From the human T2T-CHM13v2.0 reference genome, Homo sapiens, in assembly GCF_009914755.1 (NCBI RefSeq), contig NC_060933.1: DNA of 64,000 bases. One strand, 5' to 3'. The notes under the pieces were generated by a model, which saw only the letters and a list, made by a program, of their open reading frames with translations, was not told where the DNA came from and made no database searches. The position numbers and the translations under genes are program-made. This document shows, piece by piece, positions 15,254 to 28,003 of this stretch (within the stretch, counting starts at the first letter, position 1; each line of letters opens with the position of its first letter).

Positions 15254-15320
15254 ACTGCTCTCCAGACTGGGTGACAAAGTGAAACCGTCTCTGTCTCTTA
15301 AAAAAAAAAAAAAAAAAAAA
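15254..15320 (+). mobile_element. Severely truncated Alu 3' end plus poly(A)
   Basis: ctccagactgggtgacaaagtgaaaccgtctc followed by A21. Confidence 0.75.
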
Positions 15321-16108
15321 GTAGGACACGTACTACACTTGCCAATGCTAAAGTGACCATGTGTACTGTTTTTTGAAATTCCCTAAGAGGATATGATGTT
15401 TTATACCTAGAAAAGGCCAATGTTTGTGATTAACCTTGAAATATAAGTCTTCAGCAAATGAAAGACACTTGCAATTTGTAGCCCAGTGATAGCAAATCAA
15501 GAATGATGTAAAGTCATATTGCAGCTTGGGTAGTGGTTTTGAGAATGCTTAATGGCCATTTGTTAGGAAAGGTAAAGTTACTATAGATTTAAAAAACATA
15601 TTCATTCTCTGAGGTGTCACACTGAAATTAGGGCTGTCTTTTGTAATCTTTGGTATTTGTCATCTGTACTTAGGTAATTTAGATAAAAACAACACTGTTT
15701 TTCCACAGTGGCCCACCTCCTGAAAACAAGGTCATCTTTTTGGATGGCTCAGCTTCTTCACTTCTATAATAAGCTATTAGCCTACCCAGCTGCTCACCTG
15801 GTCCCCAAAGACATACTGGAATTACAGCATTCTGGGCCTGGATCAGAGTGCATAGCCCCACATCTTCTTCTGTATAGTTCTATCACCATTGATATTTGAG
15901 TAATTATATTCTGTGACATATCAATAATCTTACCTGCTTCTGTGGATACTGTAAAGTCAGCCTTCTGTTGAGTTAGATTAGATCATCAGAAAACTCTGTA
16001 CTTGGATCCCAGTAGCTGAGATTTTTTTTTTTTTTTTTTTTTTTTTGCTGAATAACATGTTACATTTTGCCTGTGGCTTTATCCAGGGTTTGCTTAAAAA
16101 GTAATATT

Positions 16109-16402
16109 ACTGGGCACGGTGGCTCACACCTGTAATCGCAGCACTGTGGGAGGCCGAGATGGGCAGATCACCTGAGGTCAGGATTTTGAGACCAGCCTCG
16201 CCAACATGGTGAAACCCCTCCTCTACTAAAAATACAAAAAATTAGCCAGGCGTGGTGGCGGGCACCTGTAATCCCAGCTACTCTGGAGGCTGAGGCAGGA
16301 GAATTGCTTGAACCCAGAGGTGGAGGCTGCAGTGAGCTGGTATCACGCCATTTCACTCTAGCCTGGGCAACAAAAGCGTAACTCTGTCTCAAAAAAAAAA
16401 AA
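16109..16402 (+). mobile_element. AluS-like
   Basis: Dimeric Alu with A tail. Confidence 0.95.
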
Positions 16403-16693
16403 TAATAATATAACATTTCCTTTTGCTTTTGTTATTGAGAATATTGCATATTATATCACTCTATATTCCATTTATAAAGCCCAATGTAAGAAATTTCCTT
16501 CAGAGTTTAAGGTCACAAAAATGTTTGTTTTCTTTGATAAAGGATATTTTCTTACCTTTTAGATTATAAAAGAGGTATCATTTATTTTGTTTATTTACCC
16601 TAGCTGCCTGGGAGCACAGGGCCAAATTTGAATGTTAATTGTAGGAATTATGTCAAGAAATTTTGTAAATTAATTTAAAAATAGTTTTATGTA

Positions 16694-16860
16694 CTGGGAG
16701 TTAGCAAACTATGGGCCACCCACTTCTTTTTGTAAATAAAGTTTGATCAGAACACAGCTATAGTCATTTATTTATGTATTGCCTATTGCTTTCATGCTAC
16801 AATGGCAGACTTGAGTAGTTGCTCTCTGGCCCTTTACAGAAAAAAGATTTCTAGTCCTGA
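16694..16860. mobile_element. MER58A-like hAT element (internally deleted)
   Basis: gcaaacta..tttttgtaaataaagttt..ggccctttacagaaaaa. Confidence 0.7.
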
Positions 16861-18171
16861 TACAAATAGTTACATGTGCCTCAGACCAAAATGCAGTAAC
16901 ACTGAATATAAAGCAATATGATTACTGTTAGATGTAGCTAGTTGGAAGAGGCTTAACAGAGATGTGCTATGAAAGGAGTTTAATATTTAAGCAGTGGAAG
17001 CATATAGGAGACATTTTATGTGGGAGAGAAGAAATGAAATCCTGTAGGATTGAGCAGATTTTGAACATGTGGGACCATTTTGGAAACTGTTTTAGCTAGA
17101 TTAGAATTACAGCAGTGAAAATGAAGTTGAATGGGTAAGACTGTTGATAGGAAGGCATAAAAGCTAGGCATCAGGATTTGCATTTAATCCAACAAACAAT
17201 TGAAAACCCGCTATGAAAATTTCACAGGGAAATGATATGATGGGAACAGCATTTCAGTACAGCTAATCTGACAGCAGTGTACTAACTCAGCATGGAGAGC
17301 CCCAAGACTAAGCAGTTACTGGAGTAAGCCTGCCATGAGGAACTAAGATGATGAGTGTAGAATGAAGAGGAATAGTAACCTCTGAGGTGCTGGAAAGAAG
17401 GAAGCCGATTTTGTGGCTGACTGGATTTAGAGAGTGGTGGTGAACGAAATTGTGAGAGGATAACTGGGGTAAAATGAACTGAAGTGACAGTTTTTTGAAA
17501 GGAAATATGTGTTTTGTTTTTGATGTCCCTAATTTCTGGTGTTTTAGAGCCTCCTAAGAGAAAGTATGGAAGCGTTTGGAGATCTGTGCCAGATGACGAC
17601 TGATAGCTGTGGGAGAGTTTGTATGGAGGGACAACAGCACAAGGCAGAGTGGCTGGGGAGTGCCTCCAGGAGGGAAGATAGCACTCGAGGAGCAGAGTGG
17701 ACAGAGGAACAGGAGGAGTCAGTAAAACAGTGTTTCCCAGTGTGTATCCCAGGACAGACTGATAGTATAGATGGTTAGCAGGTATTTCCATTGTTGCATG
17801 GCCAGATAGATTTGATAAATTCTGGGTTAAGCAAAGTTAAATAGACTTCTTGTATTAGACCCTCTTATGTTCTTTAATAATATGCAACATTATTTATATC
17901 TCCACTACGATCTCTCCCTCCAAGTTTAGATTCCTGTATTCGACTTTCTACGAGACATTTCCCCTTGGGATACCTGTGAGGCATCTAAAACTTAACTGTC
18001 CAAAATGGAATTCTTTGTCTTCCTCACAAAACTTGGTTCCCCATGTCAGGTGATGGCAGCTCTATCTTTTCTTTTTAGTAAAAAAACGCCGTGGTAAGAA
18101 GTAACATAGAAATTATATTGTTCCATGTGTAAAATGGCCAAAGGAATTGAGATAAAAAATAAAGTTGCTCA

Positions 18172-18468
18172 AGCTGGGCATGGTGGCTCACGCCTGTAAT
18201 CCTAGCACTTTGGGAGGCCGAGGCGGGCGGATCACTTGAGGTCAGGAGTTCGAGACTAGCCTGGCCAACATGGTGAAACCTGTCTCTACTAAAAATACAA
18301 AAATTAGCTGAGCGTGGTGGTGGGTGCCTGTAATCCCAGCTACTCGGGAGGCTGAGGCAGGAGAATTGCTTGAACCTGGGAGGCGGAGGTTAGTGAGCTG
18401 AGATCGCACCACTGCACTCCAGCCTGGGTGACAGAGTGAGACTCTGTCTCAGAAAAAAGAAAAAAAAA
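18172..18468 (+). mobile_element. AluS-like
   Basis: Full Alu; TSD aaagttgctca. Confidence 0.95.
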
Positions 18469-18521
18469 GTTGCTCAGATTAAAAACCTTGGAGTCATCCT
18501 TGACTCCTTTCTCCTATATTC

Positions 18522-18823
<302 letters not shown>

Positions 18824-19872
18824 CTTTCTTCTGTGCTCTTATCCAATCCATTAGCAGCCGCATTGGCTTTCCCTTCAAATATATCCAGAATGTGACCACT
18901 TGGTACCCCAAGTGATTCTATTGAAATCCTACTGCCTCTTTGTGCAGTAGCTTTCCATTTCACTCAGGATAAGTGTGTCAGTCCCTGTAGTGGCCTACAA
19001 GGCCTTTTATGACCTGGCTTCTCATTGATCCTTTGACCTGATTTACCATTCTTTTCCTCCTTCACTCTGCTGTATGCACATCTCTTTATTCTTCCTAAGA
19101 CAGGGCTTAAGCAATTTATTAGCTTAGGGCTTTTTCCTGTGCCTGTGACACTCTTCCGCCTAGATATCTGTTTGGCTAATCTAACTTCCTTTCCTCCTTT
19201 AAGTCTGTTCACATGCCACCCTCTCTAGAAGAGACTGACCTGGACTACCATATTTAAAATGGAAAGTGTGCACTTCTCCCATTTCTCATCTCCTTTATTC
19301 TGCTTCACTTTTTTTTAATTAGCACTTACCATCTTCTAACATATTTTATGTATTATTTGTTTAAAAAATTATCTGCTGCTTTCTACTAGACTGTAAGCTC
19401 CATAAATGCAGAGATTTTTTGCCTATTTTGTTCACTGATATAACTCAAGCACCTAGAACTGTGCTGGACACACAATAGGCAACTAATAAGTATTTGTTAA
19501 ATGAGTGAATGAATTTCAAGATAGGAATATATGTCCGCATAGAATCTTTCTTTCACCCATGGAGATATTTTTTTCCTGTGTTTCCCAGGGACACACTTTA
19601 GGAGACTCTGTTGTGAGTATTATGGAATTCAAAGGAGGAGAAAACTACAAGAAAGTTGTGATTGACACAATTGGGAAGTTAAAAATTTTTGACCTGCTTA
19701 AGCTAATAAAGTAGATTTAGATAGGAAAATAGTTTGCAATCTTAGAACAAGTTGTTTTAGTGTTGTGGAATGTCAAATTCGGGGAGGAAAGTTGGACATA
19801 GATGTTGAAGAAAAATACCAGGATAAATTACCCATTCAGGGAGTTTAGCTTTGGATAAAAGGGTGGAAAGTA

Positions 19873-20108
19873 CAGATTGAGTATTCTTTATCTGAAATGC
19901 TCGGGACCAGAAGTGTTTTGGATTTGGATTTAAAAAAAAAATTTTTTTTTGGACTATTTGCATATACTTTAAACCGGTTGAAAATCCAATCTGAAAATCC
20001 AAAGTGCTCCAATGAGCATTTCCTTTGAGTGTCACGTCAGTGCTCAAAAAGTTTCAGATTTTGTAACATTTTGAATTTTGTATTTTCAGATTAGGGTTGC
20101 TCAACCTG
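19873..20108. mobile_element. Tigger4a (MER46A)-like DNA transposon
   Basis: cagattgagta..gctcaacctg termini; aaatgctcgggaccagaagtgttt motif. Confidence 0.8.
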
Positions 20109-20396
20109 CAGTTAGAAAAGGCTGCTAGTTCATTACAATATGCTTTGTTTTTTGAGATCAAGGGAACTTGGTTTTTCTGCTTGTTATAAGTTAATCTAGG
20201 GCTGTTTATTGACATAAATTTTAATTTTAATTATATTGTAAAAGTAGGTGACCTAGAGGGCCCTGTTTTTCAAAATAATGTAATTGGTAGGTTCAGTGCT
20301 TCATGGAAATGGGATAAATTGGGATCCTTAGGAAATCCTCTTATTAGTTCCATGGTCCTGCTTTACCACCTGCCTTCCCCATCCTTTTGCATGCTT

Positions 20397-20397
20397 G

Positions 20398-20432
<35 letters not shown>

Positions 20433-20488
20433 TCCTTCCTTCCTTCCTTCCTTCCTTCCTTCCTTCCTTCCTTCCTTCCTTCCTTCCT
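20397..20488 (+). repeat. Compound STR (GCCT)9(TCCT)14
   Basis: Counted directly. Confidence 0.95.
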
Positions 20489-21108
20489 CTCTCTTTCTCT
20501 CTTTCACTTTTCTTTTCTTGTGAGCCCAGTAGGAATGATAAGTGAGATATAAATATTAAAAGTTGGTGCTAATTGTTTGCTTGTTCCTCCTTTAGGAAAC
20601 AGTCTGTTTTAATGTGTGAACTTCTAGGTCTTTTCTATACTTCTTGAAAAAAGTTCACCTAGGCTTCACACTTGTCACTAGCAGTTGGATTAGTGCTTAG
20701 ATGAAAGCTTGTGCCAAAGTGAGGCATAGATGAAGTAATTTTATGACCGTTTGACTCTTTCTCCCTTATAAGTTTTGATCCACAAAAGAATTAATTTCTA
20801 TTTCAAATGTGTGGTTGAACTTTTGGATGTTTTTTTCATTTCCGTAGTGCAAATTCATCTTTTTCAGGATTAGCTCTCATGGGAAAAACCAAGAGCTGTT
20901 GGGCATTTTTAGTTTATTTATCAATCATGACATTTGAGTGCTGGATGACAATGAAGTTTTGCCAAGGATTACTCTGCAGAGCCCTGTGCTTTATTTCCAT
21001 TGTTATCTTTGGAATGGATTACATTCACATTATTTGAGGAATAATTAATTGGAGCCCCAATTCAGACCAGTTGGAAGACTAACAAATATTCTTTTGTTTT
21101 GGTTACAG

Positions 21109-21140
21109 AAGCTGCACACATACATGTAAGAGAAGCAAAA
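21109..21140 (+). other. FOCAD: 5'UTR part of first coding exon of FOCAD
   Basis: Acceptor cttttgttttggttacAG|AAG at 21108/21109 (NAGNAG); 32 nt to the ATG at 21141. Confidence 0.85.
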
Positions 21141-21197
21141 ATGTCAGATGATATCAGGAAAAGGTTTGAATTTCCAAATTCTCTTATCCAATCACAG
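21141..21197 (+). CDS. FOCAD: Focadhesin coding exon 1 (MSDDIRKRFEFPNSLIQSQ)
   Basis: ATG with A at -3; 57 nt; donor CAG|GTAATT; matches the recalled FOCAD N-terminus. Confidence 0.95.
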
Positions 21198-21891
21198 GTA
21201 ATTTTGTTTGTTTATTTTTGCTCATGGTAACAAATAAACCTGTTCTGTGGATTTTTAACTGAACTTTATATATTTAATATTAAATATTTTATTCTACATG
21301 TAGAGATTTATATTTTGTGAAACAACTTTAAATATACATTTAATTTGAAAATATATATTTGACATGGAAAGCAAATATTTGAAATTGATCAATCTCAGCT
21401 TCTGTTTATATATCATACTTTTCTTCCTAGAGATAATAAAACCTTGATTAACTAGTAGGCCCCTGAATATGTTTGTTTGTTTTTTTTTGGCCTATGATTA
21501 TTGGGAACAGAGGTAAACAGTTATATGTCTGAAGAGTATGAGGGATTAATATTTAAGAAGACATATCCTACCCCTTATATAGATTTTTATAATAATGACA
21601 TTTAATAAGTAAAATATCCTGGATTAGAAAATTTGATATATCTACTAAGATAGAAGATTGTGATAACTTTAAAGAGCTTTTCAATAATTAAATAGTTAAA
21701 ACAAAGATGGCTTTCTGGGTAGCCTTTAGCTAACTAGAAACATTCTGGTTAATCAAGGTATCATAATAGCTTATTGTCTTTTCTTGTGAGAGTAAAGCTA
21801 ACAGACCAGCAGAAGCCATCTTGAAGACTTAACAACATACAGCACCTTGGATACTTTCAACAATTAACTTCGGAGATGTCTGCTGTGGGAA

Positions 21892-21975
21892 TTGACTTAG
21901 CTGGGTAGTGGGGAACCCTTCCATGAGGAGTAGAACACTCCTTATGCAAGATTCCCTTCTACCTGGCTGGGTTGG
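21892..21975 (+). ncRNA. MIR491: pre-miR-491 hairpin; 5p AGUGGGGAACCCUUCCAUGAGG (21907-21928), 3p CUUAUGCAAGAUUCCCUUCUAC (21941-21962)
   Basis: Matches the recalled mir-491 stem-loop; arms are visibly complementary; miR-491 is a known FOCAD intronic miRNA. Confidence 0.95.
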
Positions 21976-23580
21976 AGTCATATCCTGCAGGTCCTTACCA
22001 TGAAGAAGAAGATGAAGGCTTGGAGGATACTATTCACAGTTTTATTTTTCTGTGCCTGGAGTCTCTTTGTTAACATAGATAATCAAGAAATGCCCATACG
22101 TGTTACTGTTAAATTAGGTGAAAAAAATATATATATATATTTATATTGTTTAGTGTAGGATGGCTATTTGAATTCTGTTATAGAACACTTAAGTAGCAAT
22201 GTAGGCTGATTTATCCTTGGGTTTTGTATTTTAAAAAATCAGTTTAGGCTAGTATCTCTGATTTGTTAGAAGATGAAGTGAAAAGTATATTAGATAAATT
22301 CAACCTGGTGGGGAATGGGGAATTAAGCTTCTCTTCTTTTATTTCTTTTTCTAGATATGAACTATAGCTTTTTCTTTGTCCCTATTGTGTTTCATATTAG
22401 TTTTATTAGGTTCTTGTGATTGTGTCCTGTCCTTTGCAAATATTTCTTATTGTTCTTCTGTAACCACTGCTCGATGTTAGCACCATATTTCTTTGATTCA
22501 CACACGTTTTTTTTCAGATTTTAACATCTTTGAAATTGGATTGCCTCTAGTAATTGATGGCAGCAGTTGAGATACAGTTGGTATTGCCTGCACATTTGTG
22601 AACTTGGGCATGATTTTCTACACGAGTCTAAAAGAACTCTTGTGTGACTATAAAACCAAAATTCCGATTTATAAGAAGCACTGTATATCATAGACTAATT
22701 GGCAGCCTTTTTTCTTTCTTAGTGGCACACAGTATAATGGTGTAACTTGCAATTCCTGGTCAGTTCCATTCAATGAAATATGGTATGTTTTGTAAAACAG
22801 GAGCTCAGCCTATCCATGGGTGCTCAGTTCTTATTACTATTCCTTTTACTAGGAGATAAGAGACAGTAAGTTGGACTAAACTTAATATTCATGTAAATGA
22901 GTGACTTATATCACAAAACTAGACCACAAGCACCACGGTCTTAAATCAGTTCCAATGTGTGAAATACAAAGAGAAAAATGAGGAAGGAGTGGGTGCTGTG
23001 TTTTTATTTGAGCTGTTCTGGAGACTTTGCAGGACTGACAGTTATTCACAGCTATACCGTAATTTGGTCCCAAGTGCAGGATGGACAGTTGTAGCAATAG
23101 TGAAGTAGTTTCCAACCCGTACACAGAATGGCAATGATTGTTGCTAGCCTATTGGCTCTAAGACATATTCTTCATATTCGTTAACAGTGTGATGAAGCAT
23201 GATGGATTTCGTTTCAGTGCAAAGATGATTTTAAAAACTATGGGCTTTCTCATTCATGTTTTAATGGAGTAAGCAATCTCAAGTTATCTTCTGATACTGA
23301 CAGCAATTTGAACCAAAAATCTGGCAGTTTTCTTAACCTCTATGCACTATAGTTGCTTATTGGTAACCTGGGATAGATATGCCTACCTTGAGGGCTATTC
23401 TGAAGATTAGAAATTGTGCATGTGGAGTGCCTAATTCAATGCCTTCTACATAGCACACACTTAGTTAATGGGAATTTTACTTAATCCTAATTGACTGCCT
23501 GGCATACTCATATCAACTAGTATTGATATTTGGAAAGAACTTCTAAGGGACTGTGTTCATTAATTTTATTTCTTTTTAAG

Positions 23581-23655
23581 GCTGTGGGTCATCTTATTGC
23601 TGCAGTCCTAAAGGAAAATGGTTTTTCAGAAAAGATTCACCAATCTACAAATCAG
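23581..23655 (+). CDS. FOCAD: Focadhesin coding exon 2 (AVGHLIAAVLKENGFSEKIHQSTNQ)
   Basis: tttctttttaAG| acceptor, CAG|GTCTGT donor; 75 nt, phase 0-0, open in frame. Confidence 0.95.
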
Positions 23656-24797
23656 GTCTGTGTTTAACTTTATGCTTTAATTCTCTTCAGATAAGATTGC
23701 TACTAGCTGGATCACATATGCACCTGTCTTGTTTCCCTGATAGTTCAGATCACAGTAGAAATGCTTTTGAACTGTGAGAACTTCATTGCCTTTTTTGTTT
23801 ATTTGTTTGCCTTTTTAATATATAGCAATAAAAAAGTTTTAAATTTATTAAAACCCTCTAGGAATGAGACATGGAGGGAAGGGCTGGAGAGGAGTATTCT
23901 TATGACTATTAATGAAAAATAATATGGGTGGAATGAGAGAAAGCATGCTTTAGAGAAGATTGATAGAGTTACCTCTGAGGGAATTATTTTGGTAATGAAG
24001 AGAATGAACAGAGTGGCTCTGTTTGGATGTAGATTTCTCATGCTTCAGCTCAGCCCCAGCTGTGAGTTCTTAGTTGGAAAGGTCATACATTGACAGTCAA
24101 AGCTGAAAAATTCCATCTTACACAAATAGCAGGTGAATGCTCAGAGTTGAAGCAATGCCAGTTTACTGAGATACACTTGGGGTTTGGTTGATCAGTGTTG
24201 TGTGTTTTGACCTGCTAGTTGGGAAACTCTTCTTAAGAGAGGTGTTCTCAGGTGTCCTCTATAGGGAACATAAGTGATGGAAATAAGATTCTTTTTTTTC
24301 ACAGCAGAAATAAATTGATTTCCTTTGTCTCACATTCTTTTTGATTAGCTGCTCCAAGTTACATTTCTTTATTGCTTCTGCAGACATGTTGAAGTAAGTG
24401 TAGGACACACTTCACTAATTGGCATTTTTCTGGTGTTTGTATGTAGTCATATAAATTAGGTTTTCTGAAAACTCTGATCCTAATCCTGCCTATAATCACA
24501 TTGTGTACTTTGAGAAGATCTAGTGATTTTACTTAAACTGCCAGGATTTATTGAATGTCAAATCCCTGTAACTGTTTCCTCTTCTACTAAAAATGAATGC
24601 TTACACAGTCTTACCTGAGGCAGCAGTTTATTTATTTGTTTGTTTTGTTTTTCCGGTGTAATAATAGAGTGATGACATTTAGAACCTTTTGATATTGTCA
24701 GTACAGCTGAACACAATGTCCTTATGAATAAAAGGAGAAGTGGAATATAAATATTTCCTTCCTGTAGTGATTGTTAACTGTATTGTTATTTTAATAG

Positions 24798-25168
<371 letters not shown>

Positions 25169-26166
25169 TGATTTTCATTCTTTTATTAATAGTTATTCTT
25201 TGGGAGCCGGGATATTAATTTTTCCCAAATTATATATTTCCCTAATAAGTTGCATCAGGAAAAAGGAAAAATTGCTTCATTATTTGTTCTTTTTTTTTTA
25301 TAATACAACTGTGTGTAAGTCTAAATGGACTTTATCTGCAATATAGTCATATAGGTTTATTGTTAGTAGTGAACCATTTTGGTGGTCCTGGATTCCTGAG
25401 AAAGTTATAAAAGCTAGAACCCCTGCTTTGATAGGGTATTCTAAAATGAAAACTTATATTTACTTATATGTCCTTCTCATGCTCTTCTATCAGTGAAGAC
25501 AGAGTCACAGTGTGAGAGGGGGAAAGTCACAGTTTCTTTCTTGGGCAAACAGTTTTCCTAGGCTTTTTTTTTTTTTTTTTTTTTTTTTTGGTAGCCATGG
25601 ACTGAGCAGCTTGCTGGTGGCCTGTCCTACTTCTCTCTTTATATCTGGGCCCACGTTAGACTTCAAGAAATTGTGGCAAGGGCATTGTGGGTGGTGGTAA
25701 GGTGCATGTAGGTGATAGAGGTTGGTAGTAGGAGAGAAGGAACATCTTCTGAAAATAACTGTTATTGTCATTGAAGGCTTATGGCATAAATAGTATTTGG
25801 AGTTCAACTCAGGCTAGCTGATATACTATTAGTGTCTGGTTAAATTGTTTGGTTAGAGCAATGTGCTAGAGCCAAGTTTTAGCTTTGTTGTGTTGCTTGA
25901 ACTCGGGTCATACCTCTGCCTGCAGCCAGCCTTGTTTTATAGCCATGATACCAGGTGAGAGAGAGTTGCTGTATCAAAACACATCCATTACCTCTCTTGG
26001 AAAATTGACTTCATTTTATTCTAGGAACAGAGTGACAACAGCATCATCTTTATAAAGGAAAGCTAGCCTACTGTGAACAAATTACTCATTGATGAATGAC
26101 CAAAGGTGTGTGTGTGTGTGTTTGCTGCTCATCAGAATTGTCTTCTAATCACTGGTTTGGTTTCAG

Positions 26167-26321
26167 ACTCCTGCTTTGAACTTGCTGTGGGAGAAGTGTT
26201 GCAGTGACAATGTAGTGGTTCGAACAGCCTGCTGTGAAGGTCTGGTGGCACTCGTTGCTCAGGATCATGCAGAGTTCAGCTATGTTCTCAATGGGATACT
26301 CAACTTGATTCCATCAACCAG
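26167..26321 (+). CDS. FOCAD: Focadhesin coding exon 3 (TPALNLLWEKCCSDNVVVRTACCEGLVALVAQDHAEFSYVLNGILNLIPST-R)
   Basis: tttcAG| acceptor, AG|GTACTT donor; 155 nt; overlaps ORF 26176..26367. Confidence 0.95.
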
Positions 26322-27207
26322 GTACTTTTTCCTCAGTGTTTGGTCAGTTAATGATTTAAGTTTTTAGGAAAAAAATTCACTAAATCCCTATTAAGAGTCA
26401 GCATTCATCCTACTTGCCAGTTGTTTTTCTTGCTCTTAAAATGTCATGAGTTGCTGTTTCATATATGAAAATATCATGCTAATTTAAACCCTATAGTTTC
26501 AGAATTTGTGGTCATTTGCGGTACTTAAGTTTTGGGGCTCTACTTAAATTTGTCGTTGCCCTTTTTAAGAAGAAAATAGCTAAACAGTTTATAATTCAAA
26601 AATGTAATGCAGATTCCTGACATTTTAAGAAAGAAGGTTGTCCATAAGCAATGCTTCTTCCACAGTGGTATAGTTTATACATTGTAGTGGCATTACTTGG
26701 CCAGGCCTTGGCATTAGTGTATTAGAAAATAATGGCATTTATTTCTCAAATATTTTGTGATTTAGGGATGTCTTCCCCCTGATTTTTCAAAGTTAATAAT
26801 GTTTTGTTCTTTGAATTTGTTTGGTATGACCATATTTCGTCCATTTACAGACTGAGGTAATAGGACAATAAGGAATAAGAGGGTTCCATTCAGAAATGGT
26901 CAAACAGGACCATGTTTGAACCAGTGAGCCTCTGTTATAAAATACTCCCTGAAAAAGAGTTGTCACTCTTTGCTTCAAGAAATTGTCTTGATCTATATGT
27001 CCTAATTTTTGACTACTTCAAATCATTTGGGCTTTTGCCCCCTTCCCTCACCTCTCACCAAGCCTCCCTCCTCCTTGGTGAAGCTACTTGTTTTTCCAGT
27101 GTTTTTCACTCACCTTTATTATAGTATCATCGGGCTGAGTACTTAATTTTTTTCCCTGCCTTCAGTGGAGATGGAGTACAGCTGTAATTATCAATTTGTG
27201 GAAAGAT

Positions 27208-27503
27208 GCTGGATGCAGTGGGTCACGCCTGTAATCCTAGCACTTTGGGAGGCTGAGGCGGGCGGATCACCTGACGTCAGGAGTTCGAGACCAGCCTGGC
27301 CAACATGATGAGACTGTGTCTCTACTAAAAATACAAAAATTAGCTGGGCGTGGTGATGCGTGCCTGTAATCCCAGCTACTCAGGAGACTAAGGCGTGAGA
27401 ATCACTTGAACCCAGGAGGTGGAGGTTGCAGTGAACCGAGATTACACCACTGCACTCCAGCCTGGGTGACAGAGTGAAATTCCATCTTAACAACAACAAC
27501 AAA
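27208..27503 (+). mobile_element. AluS-like
   Basis: 15-bp TSD aatttgtggaaagat at 27193-27207 / 27504-27518. Confidence 0.95.
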
Positions 27504-27644
27504 AATTTGTGGAAAGATTCCTGGGCTTGAAGTTGATTAGGTTAAATAACCCCTAGCCTTTTAACCTTTCTTTATAAATCGTTTCCTGTTTCCTTAGATC
27601 ATTTCTTTGTGTCTTTTTGGCACCTTGGTCTTAATTTTGCCCTG

Positions 27645-27870
27645 TTCTGCCCTGCCTTCCCCTCCCCTCCCCTTCCTCCCCCCTCCCCTCCCCTTCCTCT
27701 TCCCTCCCCTTCCTCTCCCCTCCCCTTCCTCTCCCTTCCCCTCCCCTCCCTTCTTTTCTCTCCCCTCCCCTCCCTCCCTCCCTCCCTCCCTCCCTCCCTT
27801 CCTTCCTTCCTTCCTTCTTTCCTTCTCCCTCTCTCTCTCTTTCTCTCTTTCTTTCTCTGTTTCCTTTCTG
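27645..27870 (+). repeat. Polypyrimidine low-complexity tract (CCCT/CCTT/CT)
   Basis: About 220 nt of almost only C and T; forms the tail of an antisense Alu monomer. Confidence 0.9.
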
Positions 27871-28003
27871 ACTGGGTCTTGCTATGCTGCCCGGGCATTA
27901 TTGTAGCTCACTCAAGCCTCAAACTACTGGGCTCAAGTAGTCCTCCCGCCTCAGCCTCCTAAGTAGCTGGGACTACAAATGTGTGCCAGCATGCCTGGCT
28001 TGG
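27866..28003 (-). mobile_element. Partial old Alu (right-arm/FRAM-like)
   Basis: Alu right-arm similarity. Confidence 0.8.

Noticed and set aside
27534-27544. Perfect DUX4-type motif TGATTAGGTTA
   Set aside because: About one match of this degenerate 11-mer is expected by chance in 64 kb of AT-rich DNA. It is isolated and 16 kb from the ZSCAN5-like fossil.
27599-27962. Pro/Ser-rich and Arg/Gly/Glu-rich ORFs
   Set aside because: These are translations of the CT low-complexity tract.
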